Source: Octopus sinensis (lineage: Eukaryota). Taken from it: 64,000 nt of DNA. Where the stretch lies: contig NC_043015.1 of assembly GCF_006345805.1 (NCBI RefSeq), positions 3,038,001 through 3,102,000 of the forward strand, written 5' to 3'. Both the position numbers and the translations under genes were made by a program. How positions within the stretch are numbered: the stretch's first letter is position 1; each line of letters starts with the position of its first letter. This document shows positions 38,825-52,907 of this stretch, piece by piece. The notes under the pieces were generated by a model, which was not told the DNA's origin, did no database searches, and saw only the letters and a list, made by a program, of their open reading frames with translations.

Positions 38825-39959
38825 TATATATATGTATGTATGTATAATTACTTTTACGCTTACAATATTAATAACTAATATGAGTGTTGTAGATTCAGTA
38901 AATACATGCGTATTGATTGTATAAAATTATAATTAAATGTTATAAGCAGGTAAAAGATAAAAGATAATACATATTATCATTAATGAGTATAATGGATACA
39001 CGGAGATATGATTGCAGAATTGAAGATCCCTAAAAGCAAATGGATGTAAACGTTTACGAAGCAATAGCAATTTCACGATAAAATTCCCATTACCATATAA
39101 TCACATAGGTTGGTGCTATTTCAAACGCCTTATTGCAGTTCATTGAATTATATAAAGAAATTGTTATTACTAAAGATTCCCCTTCATTTTCCCTATATAA
39201 TTCTCTCTTTCGTTAAAAGGTATTTAATCAAAACTGCACATTAGATAATCCTAATAAATTTAATTATAACTTTATAGAATCAATATGCATGTATTTACAC
39301 TTATGTCTGTAATTCTTCTCCTCCAGTGGGTTTAGTTAATACATACATACGTGCTGTTCCTTTTCAAATCGTTTCTTCATACCGTTACCTTACAATTCCC
39401 TTTATATATATAAATGCATGTATCATGCACCTCCTCAGGAAAACTGTAATCACATAAATTACTTCAAAGCTTAAACAGAGATTGTATCAAATACAACTTA
39501 TCCAATTATCCAGACTAAGCGTGTGCGTCACTCCCTGTATATAAATTTCATCTACACATTTCGCGATAATTTATATAACTCGTCTTCTATATTATATGTA
39601 CCATTATTTTTATGTATTTATACACGAAATATAAAATACTAAGAATCTTATCTGGTGTATTTTCCAATCGTAGGACCCTTACGCTATACATCCGTATATC
39701 CGCATCTACAATTGATGCGAAAGGCAACTTGAAAAACATCAAACAATGTTAAGAACACGTTCTACCAACAGCTGATCCCTTATACTCAATGTACCCCTAA
39801 AGTAATCCCTTTCTCCTCTTCTTCCTCATTCTCCTCCTTCTCCTCTTTCTCCACCTCCTCGAGGATTTCAATGTGTCAGTAGGAAGGGGCAAAAGACTAT
39901 GGGAGAATGATTTTATCAAAGAAGGAGTCGGAAGCCGCAATGAAAACAGGTTTTGCTCC

Positions 39960-40350
39960 TTCAGCAGAGCAGACCACGTAGCAACAATGAAAGAGACCAG
40001 GTTGCCGTGTCAAGTTTTACATGGTGAAATTTCCACTAGAAGAAGATTCCGTGGCCATCCTCTCCATTGATACAATGATCAGCTGAAGCAAAGCCTAAAA
40101 TCGACTGGAATCGATACCAAAGCCTGGGATATTGAAGCTCAGGATAGACCCGGCTAGCACCATTCCATCTAGACTTTGACAATTCAGTTTGAAAATGAAC
40201 AACAGAAGAAAAGAGGAAGAGAAACGACAAGAAAGAAAATGGAATCTCCCACAAACAATGCCTTTACTACAGATCCCTGGTGAACTTTGCAACAGACGCT
40301 TCCACTAGACATCAGAGGCATAAACACGAACAGAGGAGCAAAAGTGGTAA
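39960..40350 (+). pseudogene. RTE-clade LINE ORF 3' fragment
   Basis: RADHVATMKETRLPCQVLHGEISTRRRFRGHP..YNDQLKQSLKSTGIDTKAWDIEAQDRP matches the RTE C-terminal WAGHV.RM...R.PK..LYGEL..GKR..G.P..R.KD.LK..L...ID...WE..A.DR motif. Confidence 0.8.
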
Positions 40351-40434
40351 AAAAGAAACCAAATATACTATAGGACACACGATAATACGACGGTGATATT
40401 CGTATTATAGACAAACACACACATGTATACATAC

Positions 40435-40498
<64 letters not shown>

Positions 40499-40515
40499 GT
40501 ATATGATATATATGT

Positions 40516-40587
<72 letters not shown>

Positions 40588-42920
40588 GAGAGAGAGAGAT
40601 ACAGACAGAGAGAGATACATATATACATATGTTCGAAGGTTGTAATGGTCGCAGGTTCGTGTGTCATATAGCTAGCTAGAGGCTATGGCCTCTTGGAGCT
40701 AATCAGTGACAGCTTTAGTCTTATATTTATAGACTTCCATATTAGTATGGTGATAACTATTAATATCCAGTAACGCTGCCGTAATCTTCTTTAGAGAGAC
40801 TTAGTAATGTAACAAGAGCGACTTAGGTATGTAACGATTACAAAAACCAAAGGCTTAACTGTCAGGATTTTCTTTAATATATTCTTGTTCCAGAATTTTT
40901 CCTGTAATTTGGAATTCTTAAATTCATTGTATATTTTATCTACATGTTTTTTCATAATTTTAAATATACGTTGTATTCACTGGGGAGCAAATTTTAATGT
41001 ATAATAAAGAATATTACTTCGTTGCAGGAGAAATTTTCCTTTTTCTTTTGCAAATGTCTCTCATTTTCTCTCACCTCGGTTTTCATTAATAATAATTTGA
41101 TATATATCCATTTCAATATTTTGATTTCAAGTATCAATTCGCTATTTTTCAAAAACCCAAGTTTAGTCTATAAACGTAATATAAAATAATTACATACTGA
41201 ATGAATGAATGCTATTAGACAATTTGAAAAATGATATCACTTTCCGGAGTTTGTTCAATGAATACATTTGATAAAATGATTTTTTTTTTCATTATAGCGG
41301 TATAACAAAAAAAAAACCCACAAAAGTTATTTTGTTGTTATGGCTGTTTTGAACGTTATAATCCTATGTGACCGTTGGTATTTCTAGCACGCTAAACGTA
41401 ATCGGGTTTCCTTGAAATATGTTTGAATTAGAAATATATTACAACTACAATAAATCACCGAAAGAAATGTTTAATAAGCGAATGAGATTTTCTATAAATT
41501 GAAATTTTCAGGGAAATTTACTCTCTAGACATCTTTTTTTATTGTATTCACAATTAAAATATTCGGTTCAAGATAGTCTTGTTTATTCTATTTATTGTCC
41601 TCAATGCTCGATTCCCCTCCCACGCTTACACACAGGCACTCCAGCTTTGAAAATTATACAAATATCTCATTAGAATTTTGAAATGCAACATGGGCCATTT
41701 AGTCGTAAAGATTCTCTGAGGGTATAAGAAATAAACCAAACGAAAATAAAAATACAGGAGATATATAAAAACATATTAACTAATTTTAAAAAATACATAT
41801 AAATACATGTAATATCACTTATATATATAAGGATGACATGTAAAAGTCATGCGTGACAAATATAAGGGACACAAAACGAATGTGAGGTTGACAAATATAG
41901 GAATAAATATGTCAATCTTCAAAATGGCAGACCGCCGAAATCGTCTGAAATAACGTGAGATAAAAGTGATAAAGTCAGTATATATGTACTACGTATGTAT
42001 GTATGTGGATATATGTATGTATATCCAAAGGAATCCTATTCAGACCAATCGATATTATTGCTATCATGTGTAGCACCTCAGATCCAAGGAAAGCAGGAAG
42101 CCGAATGTAGTATTCTGTATAATCAGTCTGTTCTGTGATGTTCGTTCTTTATTAAAAATAAGTATCACGCAAGGTTTTTTAAATATTAGTTTCTAAAACA
42201 TATTTCTTTATATTTTTGCATGTTATACTTTGTGTCCCGACTTTCATAAATATGAAAGCTAGTTTGTATACTGTGTCATTAAATTACTCGTCGTTGATAT
42301 TGTATCTCAATTCCATCCAGGGTATATTATTTCGGGATTATGAAATGAATTCAATATCTCATAAACATATTCCTAACTTTTCTCTAAATATTTATGCGGC
42401 AAATATTTATCATTTCCACCGAATATAATTTCAAGTATACAAAATATCTTCGTTTTCAGTTTTTATCTTCATATTAATCTTGAAATGTAAATAACAGTAT
42501 CGATTGCCGTACACCACATACACTGTACTATGATGATATACTTTGCCGTTATTTATCATAGGAGCTCTTTATAGACTTTCAGCTAATGCTACGTTTAGGA
42601 TACATTTTGAAGCGAAATAACCCCTGGCACAGAAAATGATACGTACATTTATGATTATTGCTCAACGAAGTGCGATAGAGATAAATTCATTTGCAGTACA
42701 TATTTGCTGATCCTCGAATTATAAAGGCAAAACAATGATTAGGTATATGTATTTGATTAATTAATTTTTCAACCCCATAGCGAAATTCAACGGCTTTTCG
42801 TTTCCGTAGTTGTCGTTGTTTCATACTTTAAGAATTATTTTCTCTTTTTACTGAGAAAATGTTTTACTGAAAAAAATGTGGAAACGTGGTTACTTTCCTC
42901 GTAATATTGTATCATTCCAA

Positions 42921-44080
<1,160 letters not shown>

Positions 44081-45574
44081 GGTTCGGGGTCTATAATGTA
44101 TGCATCAGTTACTCAATGATTCAGACAGAGCTAATAGGTCACAGTGAAAGAGAAACTGTAGGTTATATATCACATATCAATGCAAATATTACGTGAGACG
44201 GAGGAATACTCAGAGAAGATAAACTGAAAGTTCAGTAAAATAATATGTGACAATATAGAGATTTTATAATTCAGGTGGAAGGCATGCCGTTTAAATTATA
44301 TACAACTCGTTAGCCACAATGTTGATGGTTACACCCACATGCAAACACATACAGGCGCGCGAACTCACAAGCATGCAGACATAACATTTTTCTTTCTAGG
44401 GACTGCTAAAGATATGACATTTCAAACTATTATTTTAAATTTCGTAGTATTTTAAATTTCTTAGATAACTTTGTTATGTGTAAACAGTTGTGTAAGTATT
44501 CACACGAAAGAAATATAACAATAAAATACAGAGCGTATAAATATTCCTAATATATTCTATGGTAATAAATTCAACACTGGTAGCAAATATAGTTTCGAAA
44601 TATCCTCCTGTCATATTTTCTTCCATCGTACATTTATTCAACCATAACAACGTATTAAATTGATTCGTTCGCAAGGAAGATATATCTTTTTACATATAAT
44701 CACGTCAGAGATAAGCAACATCAGAAAATAGAAATATAAAACCAAAAAATGGTGACCTGACAGTAATTTTAGAATTGATAAGTTAAAAAGTATGACATTT
44801 CTCAAAGAAAGGAAAAAAAATGTTACAAACTTCAAGACGAATGAAACAGTGTTTTGCAGTAGTAGTAAAATCTTGGCACCTTACTCGTTGCAAGTTACAA
44901 ATTAATAAAAATGTACCAAATCACCATTCTCATTGCATCAAACTGAATGTCTTCTCCATGGCAAATATTTAAAGAAAGCGTTGCTGCTTCACGCCAATTT
45001 ATATTCGGTAGTCATTGCCAAGAAAGATTGCGGCTTTCTGATAGGAAACAACAGTAGGCACAAAAAACTCATTGAAATTTTCAGTTGCATTTGAGGCCAA
45101 AATAAAGATAAAAAAAACTCTGAAATAATTCCAATAATATAGAGTGTGATCTAAATAAGCATTACAGACAATTATACATGACGCTAGACAGTGCATTTTG
45201 GATGTGGCTTCTGAAACCATGAGATGTCGATAAATATGAAAAATGGACGTTAATGTAAATAAATAAATGCCCGCAAATCAAATGCTGTTAAGTACATTAG
45301 TACATTTCGTGTCGCCACCACTTGTGAAGCTTTTCAGCATTTCTAACAGTGGACGATTTTGATAATACAATGAGATTCAATGAAACAAGCACTACGGATG
45401 CCACCACACACACACACGCACGTACACACAAACACACAAGCTCGCGCATGCATTTTCGGCGAATAGACTGTCATCTAAATTAGTTAGAAATGAAAATAAC
45501 ACTGACGCCTCCTTTTAACAGATAGATAACAACAATTAGATAAAAATTTCTTGAAATACCAAAGTGAAAAATTC

Positions 45575-46080
45575 ACTCAAGAAAATCACCATTGGCTTCA
45601 ACCACAGCCTCCTAACGACTTCGAAAACTCCAGCAGTTCTTCTAGACGATCTACTTGTTTAAGTTGGTGAATACTACCTTAGTCTTTGTCTTCTGTCCAT
45701 CGTTGTTTTTTACAGGGAGTTTTGTTGGTCTCTCGCTCAAATCCGCACCACATATAATAACCAAGGGTGTTGCAAACTTTGGAGTAGTGTGACCCAATGT
45801 CAGTGTTGATGTGGTTACAGAAATAGCCTGACGGTCATGGGCTTGTTCTCCAGTTAGAGTGGCATGGTGTAGAATCCTGTTACCAGACATAGGTCTTTCA
45901 GCAGACACCCTCTTGACACAGGGCAGCACGAAATCTTCCACGCCCTTTAAGTAGACCACCGTGTTGAGTCTGTGACCGTGTGCGAAGATGAATAGAAGCA
46001 TAACGTCGCAATCACTAGTGATCAAGGCAAACAGTATGCTGTTGCTGGAGGTTTTATTTGTATCATTCCAGGTACATGTC
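45575..46080 (-). pseudogene. Tc1/mariner-superfamily (maT/DD37D-like) transposase C-terminal half
   Basis: ITSDCDVMLLFIFAHGHRLNTVVYLKGVEDFVLPCVKRVSAERP...VFTNLNK...FRSR*EAVVEANGDFLE matches the VITSDGDVMPPFIFPHGLRLN..Y...L...VLPW.KRV..GRP..EAVVEANGDF type of transposase. Confidence 0.85.
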
Positions 46081-46290
46081 CGCAGAATGCCCTATCCTCA
46101 GATTAAAACCCCAAAACTCTGAAATCTTCGTCGTATTGGGGCTGCTGGCGCAAAATCCATGCAGCACAACATAACGTTTCCAAATTTCTAGCAGAGTCAA
46201 TTGCGTCATGCAGCTGATTTTATCATACAATGTGCAGAACATACCCTACTATACTATGTAGTCGAAAAATCTATTTACGAATCCAAACCC

Positions 46291-46352
<62 letters not shown>

Positions 46353-46544
46353 TACAAAATTAGAGAATGGAGAAATATACTTAAATCAGTAAAACATCAA
46401 CTATCCGATGATACTCAATCCATACTTTAATACACCATTACATATGAGTAAGGCAATACATAAAATGAAATGAGATATACAGTAATAGTAAAAAGGTAAA
46501 GAGATATAAGTAAAAAATTTTCAAATATAATATGCGAATAAATC

Positions 46545-46660
46545 AAAACTGACAGCTGTTTCGGCAGTGAGGACAGTCATACCTCATTTAACCTATAAGC
46601 CATAAGGCAGGTATAAATGAGGCATTAACAAGGATGCCCCACGGCCTCTTCAGAGAATTA
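46545..46660 (-). ncRNA. Hammerhead ribozyme in left (inverted) pLTR
   Basis: Minus strand CTGAAGA (46652-46646) - GGC...GCC - GAAAC-AGCT-GTC (C17 at 46551). Confidence 0.75.
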
Positions 46661-47002
46661 AATTAAATTTGTTATAATAGTGAAAAATATTATACAATCA
46701 TATACATATAAATATAAAAATATAAAAATGTAAAATATAAAAACTTATACATCATAAAGCTACACTTATATAATATAATACACATTTGTACAAAAAAGGA
46801 AGGTAAACAGAACAAAATAAAACAAAATATATAATAGTGTATATATTAATATCAATAAGTACCGATATTATACATATTTGGCTAATAGTTTTTTTTATAT
46901 ATATAAAAAAAAAGGCTAACATATATGGAGATGAAAAATAATAATTAAATCCGTGGTACAGTTCATAAGATTCTAAAGCTATAAAAGTTAATAAAAATTA
47001 CT

Positions 47003-47066
<64 letters not shown>

Positions 47067-47513
47067 TATAATAAAAAATAGATACAGTTAAGTTAGCACC
47101 AAGTCCATCCTTACAAGATCGAAATAACTATGAGTTAAGAAATGCTGACCACTAGGTAAAGAAAATATAGATTAATTCGATTGGCTATTGGTTTGAAATT
47201 TAAATCACAAAAGAAAATTATACGGTTGGTTAGTCAGGGAACGCCAATATTCACACACGCATCTACAGATCAATCGCACATACACACATAGTAATATGTA
47301 TATGCATACACTTATACACATACATAATTACAAGCAACAACTAGCACATAGATAAACAAAAAGGGAAGCAACTATGCTACATTTAGTCCTTCAAAATTAT
47401 AATGTGCCTCAATAATAAAAGAAGAACCATCCATGCATTCCATAAAATATTTAATTTAGATATAAATATATTTTTAAATATCAATATGTTACTAAGTCAG
47501 ATACTTATTTCAT

Positions 47514-49175
47514 TAGATCTTCTGAAAAAAAGAATAAATAAATTCTTTAAAAGCTTCGGCCTATCCATTATCATTGAAAGTGAAAATTATTCTGCTAATT
47601 ATTTAGATGTTAATTGTAATATTACTAATGGTTTACATGAACCCTATATTAAACCTAATTCTAACCTAATATACATTACCGTTCAAGTAATCACCCCCCT
47701 CAAATTAAAAATGCACTAGTGAGGAGCATTAGTCAGAGAATTTCTAGTTTATCCTCAAACGAGGAAATTTTTAACAAACACTGTGATGGATACAATGCAG
47801 CATTGCTTAAGGCAGGATATAAAGTAAGATTTGGTTTATACCTAAGGGGAACCCCCCTAATGGAGGTAGAACTATCAGGAACAACACAAATAGATTTAGG
47901 ATAATCAACAATATACATAAGAATTGTAAAAATGGAATATATGATAACACCTATAATAAATGTAGAAGTGATGTTAACCTTGGAAAGGTGAACGGTAGCT
48001 CAAATAGATCTAAACATACGGGTAATAGTAAGAATATTAATAATAATATACGATTTAAAACTTATGGTAGACATGATAATGGTAAAGTTTACTTGCGCAA
48101 TAACCATGGTAATATTGATATAGATAAATATAACAATGACAGTGGTAAGAATAGTAATCCTATGAGTTGGTCTACGAATAGGATTTTTACAAATAACATT
48201 AATTCTATAGGCAATCCTAATTCTGATAAGGATACTCTTGGTTGATTATCCCATATGCAATGCAGATTAAAACAAACATAGTGAGAGCTTTGCATAATGT
48301 TATTTTTAGGCATTTTGGTAAGGATAAGAATAAATTTAGTCCTTTAATTAACAACGGTACTGTTAGAGTGGGATATAGCATTACTCATAATCTAGCCACC
48401 ATTATCTCCTCTTTTAATAACAAGAACTGGATCACTCTATAAGGATAGAAAATTGAATTCAGACCAGGTAAACTTGCCCCTCTTCATTAATAATAGGAAT
48501 AGAAACTTTCTTAGAACAAATGGGAACAACCTCCTTACTAATAATGAGTGCACCATACCTGTCAGAGATATATAAATGAAATAGATCATACTACTACTAC
48601 CAATACTAGTACTAGTGATAGGAATATAGCCGATAATGTGAAATTAACTCATTCGTTGATTTGGGTTTGGATGATGATAACAATTGTAACACTTATAATG
48701 TGAATAGTAGTATAGGGGTGTTGTCCAATTTTAGATTTCCTCATTCTGTTAATCTTTGTAATGCAGAAATAAAAATAAATGTGTATTTGGTAATCAATGC
48801 CTCAGGAAGGAGGTAGTTTACCATGCACTGTAGATACACAATTGAGTAGTAGGGTGTATATCGGGGCAACTATGAATAGCATAAAACAAAGATGGAATTA
48901 TCACAGATATACTTTTAGGAATAAAAATAGAATGTACTCTACAGGGCTAAGTGCATACATTTGGGAGCTTAAAAATAAGAACTTAGATTTTAGATTAAAC
49001 TGGAAAATACTAACTTCAGCACCTGTGTATAATGGAAAAAATGAAAAATGCTCTCTATGTATTAATGAAATTTTCTTCATTATTAAAGCGGGTCGGCAAA
49101 TTATTAACAACATTAATGAAAAAAAACTTCTTTTGTATTCATAGGCTACCGTTCACCTTTTCTAGATTCAAATAG
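47514..49175 (+). pseudogene. PLE ORF remnant: RT C-terminus/thumb, Asn-rich linkers, GIY-YIG endonuclease (several frameshifts)
   Basis: LKKRINKFFKSFGLSIIIE..NYLDV..PYIKPNS..Y / SNHPP..ISQRISSLSSNEEIF..YNAALLKAGY; PYAMQIKTNIVR..VRVGYS..NLATIISSFNNK; C(N)CRNKNKCVFGNQCLRKEVVYHA / TV..RVYIGAT..KQRW..H..TF..TGLSAYIWELK..W.IL..A..Y..KCSLCINE..CIH; stop TAG 49173-49175. Confidence 0.9.
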
Positions 49176-50898
49176 AACTTAGTACTTCCACTATTATTAA
49201 TTTTTTAACTCCCTTCTTTAACTAAATATACCTGTGGTCTTCTATAATTTCTAAAGTATACAATTTATATATTTTATAATTTTATAATTTTTATAGCTAC
49301 ATTTGTATAATAATTAATGGATGTGTCTAGTATTATTGGTTTCTTGTTTTTTGTATGTGGGTTTTTGTTTGTTTTTTAAGAGAATTGCAATATGACATAA
49401 AATAACATATTCATTTTGGTACTTGCCTTGTAATGTGTGATTTTTGAAGTTTTCCAATATTGCATAGTATATTGCATAGTATATATATATATCTTGGGTA
49501 GATACCTAGCTCTGGATAATGTAATGATATTGTATAATATGTAATATATGAGAGCCTTTTGTGAGTTTGGTGGGTTTAGGTTGAGATTATAGGTTTTTTG
49601 TATGTGTTTATTTGGAAGGTTTTTATTGTATATTTGTCTTTTTGTACTCACCTTAATTTGTATCTTATGCTATTCACTGATAAACCTTTTTCATTTTTTC
49701 ATTTTCTCATTTACATGCATTATGCTTTATAATTATTACCAGCCTCATATATTTAGTTTATATCTATAGTCTTCTGGATCTGTACTTTAAACTATCCTTC
49801 CATACATATTTACTTTCAACAATATAACATATATATTCACTCTATTTATTATTTTTTATTTATTTTCCATTTATTGTAATATTATCAATTTTTGCATCTA
49901 GTCTTCTATTTATTTATTATTTATTTGCCTATTTAAGTGTAGATGTTTACATACATATCAAGTCATCTAATTTGCTACCTATTTATTTTTTACTTATTTA
50001 CTTATACTGGGGTAGTTTTATACATACATATCTATCATTTATTTTTATTTAATTTTTAATAATATATGAATACATATATACTGGTTTGTACTTATAATTA
50101 TGTGTATAACCGTATTTATTCCTTCGTATTTATTCCTTCTTATTTATTTTATCTCTTTTCATCTTAAGTCTTTATAATATAAAATTTATTTTAAAAAAAT
50201 TTTTGTGATGTTCTCATAAGCGTTCACATTAATACTTCCCCTTCTATTCTTTAATGCCTAAACTGGTATATTATGGCACTATATTTATTAAGTTAATAAG
50301 TGACTTATTTATAATATTTAAATTAATATATATTTTATATTTTTATATTTTATAATTTAGCGTACTTAAAACCATAACAAACTTACGATAAATCTAACAA
50401 CCGTATGTTTACTCTGCAACAAACCGGTGTTATAAATTTTAAGTTACCCATGAAATAAGTATCTGACTTAGTAACATATTGATATTTAAAAATATATTTA
50501 TATCTAAATTAAATATTTTATGGAATGCATGGATGGTTCTTCTTTTATTATTGAGGCACAATTATAATTTTGAAGGACTAAATTGTAGCATAGTTGCTTC
50601 CCTTTTTGTTTATCTATGTGCTAGTTGTTGCTTGTAATTATGTATGTGTATAAGTGTATGCATATACATATTACTATGTGTGTATGTGCGATTGATCTGT
50701 AGATGCGTGTGTGAATATTGGCGTTCCCTGACTAACCAACCGTATAATTTTCTTTTGTGATTTAAATTTCAAACCAATAGCCAATCGAATTAATCTATAT
50801 TTTCTTTACCTAGTGGTCAGCATTTCTTAACTCATAGTTATTTCGATCTTGTAAGGATGGACTTGGTGCTAACTTAACTGTATCTATTTTTTATTATA

Positions 50899-50959
<61 letters not shown>

Positions 50960-51300
50960 AGTAATTTTTATTAACTTTTATAGCTTTAGAATCTTATGAA
51001 CTGTACCACGGATTTAATTATTATTTTTCATCTCCATATATGTTAGCCTTTTTTTATATATATATAAAAAAAACTATTAGCCAAATATGTATAATATCGG
51101 TACTTATTGATATTAATATATACACTATTATATATTTTGTTTTATTTTGTTCTGTTTACCTTCCTTTTTTGTACAAATGTGTATTATATTATATAAGTGT
51201 AGCTTTATGATGTATAAGTTTTTATATTTTACATTTTTATATTTTTATATTTATATGTATATGATTGTATAATATTTTTCACTATTATAACAATTTAATT

Positions 51301-51420
51301 TAATTCTCTGAAGAGGCCGTGGGGCATCCTTGTTAATGCCTCATTTATACCTGCCTTTATGACTTATAGGTTAAATGAGGTATGACTGTCCTCACTGCCG
51401 AAACAGCTGTCAGTTTTGAT
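51301..51420 (+). ncRNA. Hammerhead ribozyme in right pLTR, with ~85-nt extended helix II
   Basis: CTGAAGA 51308-51314; helix II base GGC/GCC; GAAAC 51400-51404; palindromic AGCT; GTC 51409-51411, cleavage after C51411. Confidence 0.78.
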
Positions 51421-51776
51421 TTATTTGCATATTATATTTGAAAATTTTTTACTTATATCTCTTTACCTTTTTACTATTACTGTATATCTCATTTCATTTT
51501 ATGTATTGCCTTTACTCATATGTAATGGTGTATTAAAGTATGGATTGAGTATCATCGGATAGTTGATGTTTTACTGATTTAAGTATATTTCTCCATTCTC
51601 TAATTTTGTAGTATTAATTTACGGTAATATTATTACCTGTACCCATATAATGCAATAGATGAACTGATTGTTTGACAATTTTTAACATCTATGTATTAAT
51701 TTTGTTGGGTACCTATCTAGCAGTATATTGGATATATATTATCCATGGTGGTTGAATTTTCAACCCCTATCTCATT

Positions 51777-51852
<76 letters not shown>

Positions 51853-51956
51853 TATTTAAATAATGAGGGAGATAAATTAATATTAATTTTAATATCAATT
51901 AAAACCAGTAGTCTATCATACCAAAAATCTGAGAAGTCAGAGAAAATTCTAATATA

Positions 51957-52271
51957 TGTGTATATTGGCAGGGCTTGACTACTAGGAGGTCGGCCGTATG
52001 CTAGAAACAAATCATCAACGATCAAACTACAAAGGAATTCTCTAGAGGAAAAATTCACCGAACACCAGAACCAAATTTGGCGGGCAGGACAGATGGAAAT
52101 TTATATAAAAAACAGAATTAAATGCATACCTCGGTTTCGGCCTTTAACAAAAGAATTACATAATTCAAATGTCCGTGCTTCATCAGTGCATTCTTTCATT
52201 GTAAATGTAAGCTGAAAAACTAACCCCAGCTTTCTGCGGCCGACTTCCTAGCAGTCAAGCCCTGCCAATAT

Positions 52272-52276
<5 letters not shown>
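51957..52276. mobile_element. MITE-like element with ~40-bp terminal inverted repeats
   Basis: tgtgtatattggcagggcttgactactaggaggtcggccg (51957-51996) versus cggccgacttcctagcagtcaagccctgccaatatacaca (52237-52276); non-coding interior; TA-rich ends compatible with a TA target duplication. Confidence 0.8.
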
Positions 52277-52328
<52 letters not shown>

Positions 52329-52417
52329 AGGATAATATCGATATTTAAGTGTCGAAATTATCAAGTGGCCAGCATGAAAGAAATACCTTACAAAGGTAAA
52401 GAATTTTTAGCAATTAT

Positions 52418-52675
52418 AAATGAGGGTGTCTAAAAGACACCAACATGCCGAAATAGCAGTCGAAACCCTGACTATAGAACCACGTTAAATGTTCATATCG
52501 CACCATGAGGTAAAGCGGAGGGACAAAACATACAAGCAAAAATTATTCAATAATTTTTGCTCGTATGTTTTGTCCCTCCGCTTTACCTCATGGTGCGATA
52601 TGAACATTTGACGTGTTATAGTCAGAGTTTCGACTGCTATTTCGGCATGTTGGTGTCTTTTAGACACCCTCATTT
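52418..52675. repeat. 258-bp near-perfect palindrome with essentially no spacer
   Basis: Centre gcaaaaattatt-c-aataatttttgc (52536-52560); arms differ by about 3 substitutions and a short indel; right end abuts (TA)n. Confidence 0.95.
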
Positions 52676-52683
52676 TTAATTAT

Positions 52684-52717
<34 letters not shown>

Positions 52718-52721
52718 ATAT

Positions 52722-52831
<110 letters not shown>

Positions 52832-52849
52832 AGTATATGTATATATATA

Positions 52850-52907
<58 letters not shown>

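Larger units (their letters stand above)
46351..51612 (+). mobile_element. 5'-truncated Penelope-like element (Naiad-like) with inverted terminal repeats (46351-47513 and 50450-51612)
   Basis: The ~1.16-kb left arm is the reverse complement of the right arm (two substitutions noted plus homopolymer/(AAT)n length differences); PLE coding sequence lies between them; each arm has an HHR; left end abuts (TA)n. Confidence 0.93.

Noticed and set aside
47514-50449. Selenocysteine recoding/SECIS, as reported for some Naiad elements
   Set aside because: Conserved Cys positions I could align are TGT/TGC; the TGA at 48243-48245 coincides with a frameshift at the W..P motif; no SECIS recognised by eye.
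52427-52465. HHR within the palindrome arms (CTAAAAGA...GAAATAGCAGTC)
   Set aside because: Core broken and no helix II pairing; at most an ancestral relic.
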